A DNA stretch of 64,000 nt from an uncultured delta proteobacterium (GTDB taxonomy: Bacteria > Desulfobacterota > Desulfobaccia > Desulfobaccales > 0-14-0-80-60-11), in the NCBI GenBank assembly GCA_963697965.1, contig OY969108.1:246467-310466 (forward strand), written 5' to 3'. This document shows positions 9,396 to 17,013 of the stretch, piece by piece (the stretch's first letter is position 1; every line of letters begins with the position of its first letter). The translations under genes and the position numbers were made by a program. The notes beneath the pieces are model-generated. The model was not told where the DNA came from. It saw only the letters and a program-made list of their open reading frames with translations, and made no database searches.

Positions 9396-9962
9396 ATGAA
9401 CGCTGAATATGTCGTAGAATTCGCGAGAAACACTGTCCACTATCTGAATAACGATAAAAGATCATTCGAAAGCGTTTTAGACAATACAGATTTAACCGGC
9501 AAGCTTGGCTTTGCAATGATCGCCACAGCAATGGCAGCTTTTGACTTGTTTGCGTGGATTCTATATCAGTCATTCGACCTCAAGAAGACCAATAAGGCAC
9601 TATATAATGAGCTGATAAATGACGCACGGTTCTTTGATAAGAGGAAGTACGGTAACGAAATTGTATTCTACGGCATCATTCGCTGCGGGGTCATGCACCA
9701 ATTGTACCCCAAGCAGGCGAGCATCTCTGCACAAAAGAGTGCCACTATTCTTTACAATCATGGTGGTATATTGTGCATCAACTCATACGGGTTATTCTGT
9801 GACGTGATGGAAGGCTGCGAAAGAATACGAGACTACCTGGCTTCTCTTTCTGAAGCAGAAAAGACTGATTATTCACTGAAGCTGCTACTGAGGATCAAGA
9901 TTGACGAGGCTGAATACATAGGGGCAAGGGTAAATCTATCGTCTCTACCCGAATTGACATAG
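9396..9962 (+). CDS. hypothetical protein with Rx4H (HEPN-like) motif, low GC
   Basis: ORF open from 9351; ATG at 9396 has AAGGA upstream (MNAEYVVEF...). Motif IIRCGVMHQ (Rx4H). GC about 40% versus about 58% for the preceding gene. Confidence 0.55.
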   Translation: MNAEYVVEFARNTVHYLNNDKRSFESVLDNTDLTGKLGFAMIATAMAAFDLFAWILYQSFDLKKTNKALYNELINDARFFDKRKYGNEIVFYGIIRCGVMHQLYPKQASISAQKSATILYNHGGILCINSYGLFCDVMEGCERIRDYLASLSEAEKTDYSLKLLLRIKIDEAEYIGARVNLSSLPELT

Positions 9963-10091
9963 CAGCGCGTTGCAGCGGACCGGAATCGCGCTGGCGTTTT
10001 ATCTTGTCCCCAAGTTCCTGCTCGGGTACGCATGTTGGCGCCAAGCTTCGTTTGGCAAAAAGGCTGTCCGACCCCGGCACTTACTGCTTTT

Positions 10092-10146
10092 GAGCAAAAG
10101 CAGAGCTTTGAATGTAAGCAGGTTCCCGAAGGAGCTTGGGAACCAG
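10092..10146 (-). repeat. copy of chromosomal GTTCCCAAGCTCC...GGGAAC repeat family inside the island
   Basis: The reverse complement matches 19350-19403 over about 55 nt (CTGGTTCCCAAGCTCCT.C..GGGAACCT...CAAAGCTCTGCTTT.GC). Confidence 0.7.
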
Positions 10147-10179
10147 AAAGAAAGGTCTCCATCCATTTTTTGACTGCAG

Positions 10180-10210
10180 TGGCTAAGGCTGCCGCATAAT
10201 CTCGGTTATA
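10180..10210 (+). repeat. island repeat copy 4 (TGGCTAAGGCTGCCGCATAATCTCGGTTATA)
   Basis: Near-identical to copy 3. Ends 39 nt before the 10250 start codon. Confidence 0.7.
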
Positions 10211-10249
10211 ACCATATCAGAACATTTTATTAGTCTATACCGCTGAGAT

Positions 10250-10702
10250 ATGGCAGAAAAAATGATTTCTATAAGGTTTAGTAAGATTCTCTTTGTATGT
10301 GATGGCAATACCTGTCGAAGCCCAATGGCCGAGGCCATTGCACGAGGGTTACTCGGAACGACGGCCGATGTCCAAAGCGCTGGCATCGATGCTGATAGTG
10401 AGAGCTTGGCGAATAAAAAAGCCATCGCAGTGATGAAAGAAAGGGGGATCGATATCCGGGGGCACCGCTCTCGCGACATTGAAACCATCGATCTATCGGC
10501 CTTTGACCTGATCATAGCCATGACCCCGATTATAGCTCGATACCTCCGATCCCTTGGTATAAGTGGATCGAAGATCATTAAGCTCAACATCGAGGACCCA
10601 TACAATGAGGGTATTGAGGCGTACAGGTTCGCGGCTGAAGCTTTAGAGGTTGAGCTTCGACGTCTTTTCGGGATTGTCCCACCGAGGCAAGCGACAGAAT
10701 GA
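10250..10702 (+). CDS. low-molecular-weight protein tyrosine phosphatase family protein
   Basis: P-loop CDGNTCRS (CX5R-S) at residues 17-24, ILFVC start, DP acid loop (IEDPYN). Confidence 0.8.
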   Translation: MAEKMISIRFSKILFVCDGNTCRSPMAEAIARGLLGTTADVQSAGIDADSESLANKKAIAVMKERGIDIRGHRSRDIETIDLSAFDLIIAMTPIIARYLRSLGISGSKIIKLNIEDPYNEGIEAYRFAAEALEVELRRLFGIVPPRQATE

Positions 10703-11157
10703 AACAGGATCTCGTTCAGTACCTCTCGGATGCCATCTCCAGAGTGGAGGGTGGAAACGTTAGCAGTCCCTCAGGCTCATGGAGCGCGGGTATATTTGGG
10801 AAGGCCACCAACGCGTTTGAGAAAGAGGTACGTTCCTACGTTTTACGTCTGCTCAATTCCTGCAATCTCGACTACGAAATGGATTTGCGCTGTCTGCTAA
10901 AGGGTCTACCTTTCGAGAAGTTAACGCTGGGCAACCTGATTGCTGCCATACGAGAAGGTGCAAACCTGAGACCCCAGGCCGTAGCTCACAACGTTCCAGG
11001 TGGGTGGAAATTGACAGATTTCGTGAAGGCTTTGGAAAAGATCAACAAAACTTGGGTTGACACGAAGCATGGGCAAGAAGTGGCAGAACCTGTATTAATT
11101 GCCCAGATGAAGTCTATGCTCACCATCAGCAAAATGTTGAGGACACACCTCTGGTAG
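10699..11157 (+). CDS. hypothetical protein
   Basis: 152-aa ORF whose ATG overlaps the phosphatase stop (ATGA). Helix-rich, no recognised family; weak K/R-x-H motif (INKTWVDTKHG). Confidence 0.55.
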   Translation: MKQDLVQYLSDAISRVEGGNVSSPSGSWSAGIFGKATNAFEKEVRSYVLRLLNSCNLDYEMDLRCLLKGLPFEKLTLGNLIAAIREGANLRPQAVAHNVPGGWKLTDFVKALEKINKTWVDTKHGQEVAEPVLIAQMKSMLTISKMLRTHLW

Positions 11158-11492
11158 GAGCAATTTCTAATTATTTAAACTAAAATCAAAAATGTGAAAT
11201 CCTTCCGGATAGAGTTTAAGAAATAGGCCCTCGGTGCTGATCAATGCTATATCTTCACACTTCCTCACCCTGCTTTTGGCGTGCTAATATGCATACCATA
11301 GCTGTCTCTCAGAGCCTGATGGCATTCTCTTGGAAAATTTAAAAAAAATTTCCATCCAGATAATATTGATCAGGGGGGGAGGGACTGAGATGCCCCCAAA
11401 AGTGAGACACTTTTTATGAGAGGGTTGGTTTAAAGAAACCATGGCTCAAGTTACCCAGCAGCCCCTCTGGGGGTGGAGGGAGTGTCGATCGG

Positions 11493-11528
11493 TGGGACTA
11501 ATGCTGGGACTATCGCTGGGACCATAAA
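11493..11528 (+). repeat. 12-nt tandem repeat x3 (TGGGACTAATGC TGGGACTATCGC TGGGACCATAAA)
   Basis: Read directly from the sequence. Lies between the island and the tRNA operon terminator. Confidence 0.8.
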
Positions 11529-11558
11529 AGAAAAGGGTTAGCTGATTTAAGCTAACCC
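11524..11558 (-). terminator. rho-independent terminator of the tRNA-Lys/tRNA-Glu operon
   Basis: Stem GGGTTAGC / GCTAACCC with an 8-nt loop, followed on the minus strand by TTTTCTTTT. Lies 12 nt after the tRNA-Glu 3-prime end. Confidence 0.7.
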
Positions 11559-11570
11559 ATTGATTTAATT

Positions 11571-11648
11571 TGGCGTCCCCAACCGGATTTGAACCGGTGT
11601 TGCCGGCGTGAAAGGCCGGTGTCCTGGACCAGACTAGACGATGGGGAC
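11571..11648 (-). tRNA. tRNA-Glu (anticodon UUC), CCA encoded
   Basis: The reverse complement GTCCCCATCGTCTAGTCTGGTCCAGGACACCGGCCTTTCACGCCGGCAACACCGGTTCAAATCCGGTTGGGGACGCCA folds as a cloverleaf with anticodon loop CTTTCAC. Confidence 0.95.
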
Positions 11649-11659
11649 GGAGAGGGTCC

Positions 11660-11735
11660 TGGTGGGCCGTGTTGGATTCGAACCAACGACTCTCTGCTTA
11701 AAAGGCAGATACTCTACCGACTGAGTTAACGGCCC
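11660..11735 (-). tRNA. tRNA-Lys (anticodon UUU), CCA encoded
   Basis: The reverse complement GGGCCGTTAACTCAGTCGGTAGAGTATCTGCCTTTTAAGCAGAGAGTCGTTGGTTCGAATCCAACACGGCCCACCA folds as a cloverleaf with anticodon loop CTTTTAA. Confidence 0.95.
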
Positions 11736-11745
11736 AATCGGCATA

Positions 11746-11775
11746 TTTTTAACTTGTGGGGATGGCATTTGTCAA
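11746..11775 (-). promoter_or_regulatory. sigma70-type promoter of the tRNA operon
   Basis: Minus strand reads TTGACA (11775-11770), a 17-18 nt spacer, then TTAAAA/TAAAAA, about 10 nt before the tRNA-Lys 5-prime end. Confidence 0.6.
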
Positions 11776-11833
11776 GGGTTGGCAGGCATCCGGGAGAGCG
11801 AGGTTCCCGGCCCGGCAATTCCTTAACCGGGCC

Positions 11834-12451
11834 TTAGGCCGCAGCCGCTTCCTTGAGGGCCCTGCGGGTCTCCTCCAGCATGGCGGCATGGACCGTAGGG
11901 GGCGGCCGGGAGGCATCCAGCCGCCGCAAGCGGGGGCCCCGCAGACCGGCGTAGATGGCCTCCACCTGTTTCAGGTAAGGGAAGGATTCGCTCACCTGCC
12001 GGGCCTCTTTGGACTTGCGGGCCAGGCGGCGCATCGCCTCGGCCACCGGCAGCATGAGGATGAACACCAGGTCCGGCGCCGGGGCAAAGGACTGGTTGGC
12101 GGCCAGAATGGCGTCGGCGTCGAGTCCCAGGGCTCCCTGGTAGGCCACCGAGGAATAGTAGTAGCGGTCGCTGATGACGATCCTTCCTGCGGCCAGGGAT
12201 GGCGAGATGAGCTGGGACACGTGGACCCGGCGGTCCTCCATGAAGAGGGAGAGCTCCTCTTCCGGAGAGAGATGGCGGCTGGGACCCTTTAGGTAGCTCC
12301 GGAGCCGCTGCCCGGCGGGGCCGTTGGTCGGTTCCTGGGTCAGGACCACCGGGTGGCCTTCCTTTTTTAGGGTGGCGGCCAACAGCCCGGCCTGGGTGCT
12401 CTTGCCGGAGCCGTCCACCCCTTCTATCGCGATGAGGAAGCCCGGGGCCAC
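11834..12451 (-). CDS. tmk: dTMP (thymidylate) kinase
   Basis: FIAIEGVDGSGKSTQ P-loop, TQEPT and DRY motifs; 205 aa. Confidence 0.9.
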   Translation of the reverse strand: MAPGFLIAIEGVDGSGKSTQAGLLAATLKKEGHPVVLTQEPTNGPAGQRLRSYLKGPSRHLSPEEELSLFMEDRRVHVSQLISPSLAAGRIVISDRYYYSSVAYQGALGLDADAILAANQSFAPAPDLVFILMLPVAEAMRRLARKSKEARQVSESFPYLKQVEAIYAGLRGPRLRRLDASRPPPTVHAAMLEETRRALKEAAAA

Positions 12452-12454
12452 TGC

Positions 12455-12913
12455 TCAGCTCTCATACCAGGTTTCCGGGAAGGCCGTGTTATCGTAGAGA
12501 TATTCCATCTTGGCCTTGTGGGACAGCTCCACTTGGGCCATCTTCTCCAGTAAATCCCGGATTTCCCCGGGAGGCTGCAAGGCGGCCAGGGCTTTATAGA
12601 AGCGCTGCGAGCCTTCTTCCCGCTTCATAGCCACCACCAGGGCCTCTTTGGGAGACAGGGTGTCGTGGAAGCCGGGGGCCTCCAGCAGTTCCGCCAGATG
12701 GACCTCCTGGGGGCGGCCGGTCAATTTGCAGCCCTCGGGAGTGATACAGCCCTCCAGGAACTGCTTGTGCTCCAGCTCCTCCCTGGCCAGATAACGCAGG
12801 GTCTCTTTGGTGTCGGCGTGGCTCACCAGGTCGGCCAGGCGCAGATAGAATGCGTGGGAGAGTTCTTCCTGGGTGATGGCGTTCTTAATGACGGCTTCCA
12901 TTTCAGTGCTCAC
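12455..12913 (-). CDS. ferritin-like / rubrerythrin-family diiron protein
   Basis: 152 aa with paired E..H-type helices (QEELSHAFY, REELEHKQF, QVELSHKAK). Confidence 0.65.
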   Translation of the reverse strand: MSTEMEAVIKNAITQEELSHAFYLRLADLVSHADTKETLRYLAREELEHKQFLEGCITPEGCKLTGRPQEVHLAELLEAPGFHDTLSPKEALVVAMKREEGSQRFYKALAALQPPGEIRDLLEKMAQVELSHKAKMEYLYDNTAFPETWYES

Positions 12914-13015
12914 GGGATCATCCTCGTCAGGCCCCCCTGGGGGCCGCCTCTATAATGTCATGGCCCAGATTTTGTTTCAAAAAAATGTTCTTAATCTTTT
13001 GGCCTTTAACAGGTA

Positions 13016-13080
13016 GCCGCAAGCTTAAGCTTGCGAACCTCCTTAACAAAATGCGCGCAGGCTAAAGCCTGCGGCTACCA
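13016..13080. repeat. GC-rich palindromes (GTAGCCGCAAGCTTAAGCTTGCG ; GCGCAGGCTAAAGCCTGCGGCTAC)
   Basis: Read directly. A related CCGCAGGCTTTAGCCTGCG lies at about 15738-15757. Confidence 0.7.
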
Positions 13081-13286
13081 GGAGATGCCGTTTCTCCGGC
13101 CATCTCCGCTTCCTCCAGGGTGTTACGGTCTTCTGCATTTAATAGGGCCGGCCCGGAAAATTGTCAACCGGCAACCAGGGAAAATTTCCGGAGATATTCC
13201 TTGAATTTCTCTCAGGAGAATGGTAAAAAAGGCTGGATGCCAGCAGGCTGCCTATGAACCGCGCCACCCAGAATATCGAGACTTTG

Positions 13287-13313
13287 CCTCCTTTTGCCAA
13301 GGAGGTTTTTTTT
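13287..13313 (+). terminator. intrinsic terminator/attenuator in the pyrB leader
   Basis: Stem CCTCCTT, loop TTGCC, stem AAGGAGG, then T8. Lies 157 nt upstream of the pyrB ATG. Flanking TTTGCC/GGCAAA allow an alternative pairing. Confidence 0.65.
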
Positions 13314-13469
13314 GGCAAATCCCCGGGGGCAGGGTCGCAGGCGGCCCGCCGGGGTTAAGTTAACCAATCCTGGCAAAGTGATTCGGCCCGACTCTATCCA
13401 GGACCGGACCTGCTGCGCCGCTGAGATGGGCGGCGGGCCGTCTCCCGCCGGGGAAAACAAGGAGCCGCC

Positions 13470-14396
13470 ATGGAATTCCGGCACAAGGATCTGGTGGGCA
13501 TCGCCGACCTTTCGGCCGGGGAGATCGACCTGATTCTTTCCACCGCCGCCTCCCTCAAGGAGATCTCCCGGCGGCCCATCAAGAAGGTCCCCACCTTGCG
13601 CGGCAAGATGATGATGACCATGTTTTACGAGCCCAGCACCCGGACCCGCATGTCCTTTGAGATCGCGGCCAAGCGCCTCAGCGCCGACACCCAAAGCCTG
13701 ACGGTGGCGGCCTCCAGCGCCGTGAAGGGCGAGACCCTGGCGGACACCGCCGCCAACCTCCAGGCCATGCAGCCGGACGTAATAGTCATCCGCCACTACG
13801 CCAGTGGCGCCCCCCACTTCCTGGCTCGCCGGCTCAAATGCGGGGTGATCAACGCCGGCGACGGCCTGCATGAGCACCCCACCCAGGCGCTGCTGGACCT
13901 GCTCACGGTGCAGGAGGCCAAAGGCCGCCTGGATGGCCTGAAGGTGGCCATTGTCGGCGACATTGCCCATTCCCGGGTGGCCCGCTCCGACATCCTGGCC
14001 TTCAAGAAGATGGGCTCCCGGGTGACGGTGGCCGGCCCCGCCACCCTGCTGCCGCCGTTTCTCTCCGACCTGGGAGTTGAGGTCACCTATTCCCTAAAAG
14101 AGGCGGTGGCCGGGGCCGACGTCATCATGATGCTGAGATTGCAACTGGAGCGCATGGGCCAGGGGTTCATCTCCACCCTGCGGGAATACAACCAATCTTT
14201 CGGCCTGGACCTCCGGCACCTGGAAAAGGCCAAAAGTGACGTCATCATCATGCACCCGGGGCCTCTCAATCGGTGGGTGGAGATCTCGCCGGAGGTGGCC
14301 GACGGGCCTTACTCCGTTATCCTTGATCAGGTGACCAACGGCGTGGCGGTGCGCATGGCCGTCCTTTACCTCTTGATCGGAGGGGAAAAGACTTGA
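13470..14396 (+). CDS. pyrB: aspartate carbamoyltransferase catalytic subunit
   Basis: [17 protein letters not shown] and HPGP motifs; 308 aa. Confidence 0.92.
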   Translation: MEFRHKDLVGIADLSAGEIDLILSTAASLKEISRRPIKKVPTLRGKMMMTMFYEPSTRTRMSFEIAAKRLSADTQSLTVAASSAVKGETLADTAANLQAMQPDVIVIRHYASGAPHFLARRLKCGVINAGDGLHEHPTQALLDLLTVQEAKGRLDGLKVAIVGDIAHSRVARSDILAFKKMGSRVTVAGPATLLPPFLSDLGVEVTYSLKEAVAGADVIMMLRLQLERMGQGFISTLREYNQSFGLDLRHLEKAKSDVIIMHPGPLNRWVEISPEVADGPYSVILDQVTNGVAVRMAVLYLLIGGEKT

Positions 14397-15697
14397 TGCT
14401 GATTAAGGGCGCCCTGGTGGTGGATCCGTCGCAAGGGCTGGAAGCCCCCATGGACATGCTGCTGGCGGATGGCAAAATCGCCCTGCTGTCGCCCCCGGGG
14501 ACCATCCCCGCCGAGGGCCGCCGGGTGGTGGCGGCCCAGGGCCTGGTGCTGACCCCGGGACTCATCGATATGCACGTCCACCTGCGGGAGCCGGGGGAGG
14601 AATACAAAGAGACCATCGAGACCGGAACCCGGGCCGCGGCGCGGGGCGGCTTCACCGCGGTGGCGGCCATGCCCAACACCAGTCCGGTGAACGACACCGC
14701 CTCGGTGAGCCGCTATATCAAGGAGCAGGCCGTGGCCGCCGGCCTGGCCCGGGTCTACCCGGTGGCCGCCATCTCCATGGGGTCCAGGGGGGAGAGCCTG
14801 AGCGAATTCGGCGACCAGAAGGAGGCCGGGGCCGTAGCCGTCTCCGACGACGGCAAGCCGGTGATGAGCTCCATGCTCATGCGGCGGGCCCTGGAATATG
14901 CCCGCACCTTCGACTTGCCGGTCATCTCCCACAGCGAGGACCTGCAACTGCGGGGCCAGGGGGTGATGCACGAAGGCCTGGTCTCTCTCACTTTGGGCCT
15001 GAAGGGTATCCCGGCGGCCGCGGAGGAGGTCATGGTCTTCCGGGACCTGGCTCTGGCCGGTCTCACCGGCGCCCGCCTGCACATCGCCCACGTCTCCACC
15101 GCGGGCGCCGTGGAGCTGATCCGCCGGGCCAAGGCCGCGGGGTTTAAGGTGAGCGCCGAGACTGCACCCCACTACTTCAGCCTGACCGACGCCGCGGTGG
15201 GCGGCTACGACACCAACGCCAAGGTGAACCCGCCTTTGCGCACTGAGGCGGACCTGGCCGCCATCAAAGAAGGCTTGCGCGACGGCGCCCTGGACGCCAT
15301 CGCCAGCGACCACGCCCCCCACAGCACCCTCGAAAAGGACCTGGAGTTTGAGGCCGCGGCCTTCGGCCTCATCGGCCTGGAGACCAGCCTGAGCCTCAGC
15401 CTGAAACTGGTGCACGAGGGGGTCCTCAGCCTGTCCCAGCTAATCGCCAAGATGAGCCTCAATGCGGCCCGCATCCTGGGATTGCCCGGCGGCACTTTGG
15501 CCGTGGGCGCCCCCGCGGACCTGACCCTCATCGACCTCGACCGGGAGTGGACCGTGGACGCGGGGAAGTTCGCCTCCAAATCCCGCAACTGTCCCTTCCA
15601 CGGCTGGACCCTCAAGGGCCGGGCGGTGATGACGCTGGTGGGCGGCAAGATAGTGAGCAGTGAGCAGTCAGCAGTGAGCAGAAAAGGCAGGGGTTAG
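14393..15697 (+). CDS. pyrC: dihydroorotase
   Basis: [10 protein letters not shown], amidohydrolase fold, ATGA overlap with pyrB. The last ~13 codons and the TAG stop lie inside word repeats. Confidence 0.9.
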   Translation: MMLIKGALVVDPSQGLEAPMDMLLADGKIALLSPPGTIPAEGRRVVAAQGLVLTPGLIDMHVHLREPGEEYKETIETGTRAAARGGFTAVAAMPNTSPVNDTASVSRYIKEQAVAAGLARVYPVAAISMGSRGESLSEFGDQKEAGAVAVSDDGKPVMSSMLMRRALEYARTFDLPVISHSEDLQLRGQGVMHEGLVSLTLGLKGIPAAAEEVMVFRDLALAGLTGARLHIAHVSTAGAVELIRRAKAAGFKVSAETAPHYFSLTDAAVGGYDTNAKVNPPLRTEADLAAIKEGLRDGALDAIASDHAPHSTLEKDLEFEAAAFGLIGLETSLSLSLKLVHEGVLSLSQLIAKMSLNAARILGLPGGTLAVGAPADLTLIDLDREWTVDAGKFASKSRNCPFHGWTLKGRAVMTLVGGKIVSSEQSAVSRKGRG

Positions 15698-15706
15698 GGG
15701 TTAGGG
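15653..15706 (+). repeat. word repeats (GTGAGCA)n-like followed by (GGGGTTA)n
   Basis: GTGAGCAGTGAGCAGTCAGCAGTGAGCAG ... AGGGGTTAGGGGTTAGGG. The same 18-mer AGGGGTTAGGGGTTAGGG recurs at 27136-27153. Confidence 0.85.
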
Positions 15707-15819
15707 ATCGGTTTTCGGCGGCGGCATTCAATGTTGCCGCAGGCTTTAGCCTGCGCCAGAGGAAAATTGCTCGGGGCACGTCCCTAATGCTTAAGACCCA
15801 TTCTCGATAAGAGGTACCT

Positions 15820-16938
15820 ATGCCTATCCAGGTGTTCTTCATGGACCTCCGGGCCAGTGTCAAGGAGCCCAATTTCAAGAAATTCGAGCGGCTCCTGGAG
15901 GCCCTTTCGCTCAAGGGCATCATCCGGCGCAAGAAGAAGCGGCCGCTCATCGGGGTGAAGCTCCATTTCGGCGAGCGGGGCAACACCTCCTTCATCCGCC
16001 CCATCTACGTGCGCCGGGTGGTGGACCACCTCTGGGAGGCCGGCGGCCGCCCCTTCCTGACCGACGCCAACACCGTCTACGTGGGCACCCGGGCCGAGGC
16101 GGCCAGCCACCTCACCACCGCCATCGAAAACGGCTTCGCCTACGCGGTGGTGCGGGCGCCCCTGATCATCGCCGACGGCCTCACCGGCAAGGCGGAGGTG
16201 GAGGTTACGATCAACCGGGAGCAGTTCCAAAAGGTCTATGTGGCCGAAGCCATCATGGAGGCTGAGGCCCTGGTGGTCCTCTCCCACTTCAAGCTCCACG
16301 AGCTCTCGGGCTTCGGCGGGGCACTGAAGAACCTGGGGATGGGCTGCGCCTCCCGCAAGGGGAAGCTTTCCCAGCACTCCAACCTCTCCCCCAAGGTGAG
16401 CGAAAAGAAGTGCACCGGCTGCGGCGAATGCGTGCTCCATTGCGCCCAGGAGGCCATCGGCATCAACCCGGAAACGGAGAAGGCGGTCATCGACCCCACC
16501 CGCTGCGTGGGCTGCGCCGAATGCCTGCTGGTCTGCCCCTACGGCAACATCCAGATCCAGTGGAACGAATCGATCCCGGTGTTCCTCAGGAAGATGATGG
16601 AATACGCCTACGGGGTGGTTAAGGACCGGCAGGACCGGGTGGTGTTCATCAACTTTCTCACCCAGGTGTCGCCGGCCTGCGACTGTTATGGCCACAACGA
16701 TCTGCCGGTGGTGGGGGACCTCGGCATCCTGGCCTCCCGGGACCCGGTGGCCATCGACCAGGCCTGTGCGGACCTGGTCATCGAGAGCCCCGGGCGTCTG
16801 GGCTCCGCCCTGAAGGAGCTGGCCCCCGGCAGCGATAAATTCAGGGACATCTACCCCCAGGTGGACTGGCCTCAGCAACTGGAGTACGCCGAGCAACTGC
16901 GCCTGGGCACCCGGGAGTATGAATTGGTGAAGGTGTAG
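15820..16938 (+). CDS. DUF362-like protein with 2x[4Fe-4S] ferredoxin insert
   Basis: CTGCGECVLHC and CVGCAECLLVCP cluster motifs. The N-terminal MPIQVFFMDLRA...GVKLHFGE resembles DUF362 proteins. Confidence 0.7.
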   Translation: MPIQVFFMDLRASVKEPNFKKFERLLEALSLKGIIRRKKKRPLIGVKLHFGERGNTSFIRPIYVRRVVDHLWEAGGRPFLTDANTVYVGTRAEAASHLTTAIENGFAYAVVRAPLIIADGLTGKAEVEVTINREQFQKVYVAEAIMEAEALVVLSHFKLHELSGFGGALKNLGMGCASRKGKLSQHSNLSPKVSEKKCTGCGECVLHCAQEAIGINPETEKAVIDPTRCVGCAECLLVCPYGNIQIQWNESIPVFLRKMMEYAYGVVKDRQDRVVFINFLTQVSPACDCYGHNDLPVVGDLGILASRDPVAIDQACADLVIESPGRLGSALKELAPGSDKFRDIYPQVDWPQQLEYAEQLRLGTREYELVKV

Positions 16939-17013
16939 CACTTCCATATCCGGCGCTCCCGGGCGGGCCAGAGATGGTTCAGGCCAGGACGCCGGGACGC
17001 CAACCTATAAGGA

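Noticed and set aside
11441-11531. Small ORF MAQVTQQPLWGWRECRSVGLMLGLSLGP overlapping the 12-mer repeats
   Set aside because: It has no RBS, and its C-terminus is merely the translation of the tandem repeat. There is no supporting evidence.
5550-11570. Calling the island an integrative element with defined att sites
   Set aside because: I could find no integrase or excisionase and no direct repeat of the tRNA-Glu 3-prime end. Only the composition, the gene content and the tRNA adjacency support a foreign origin.
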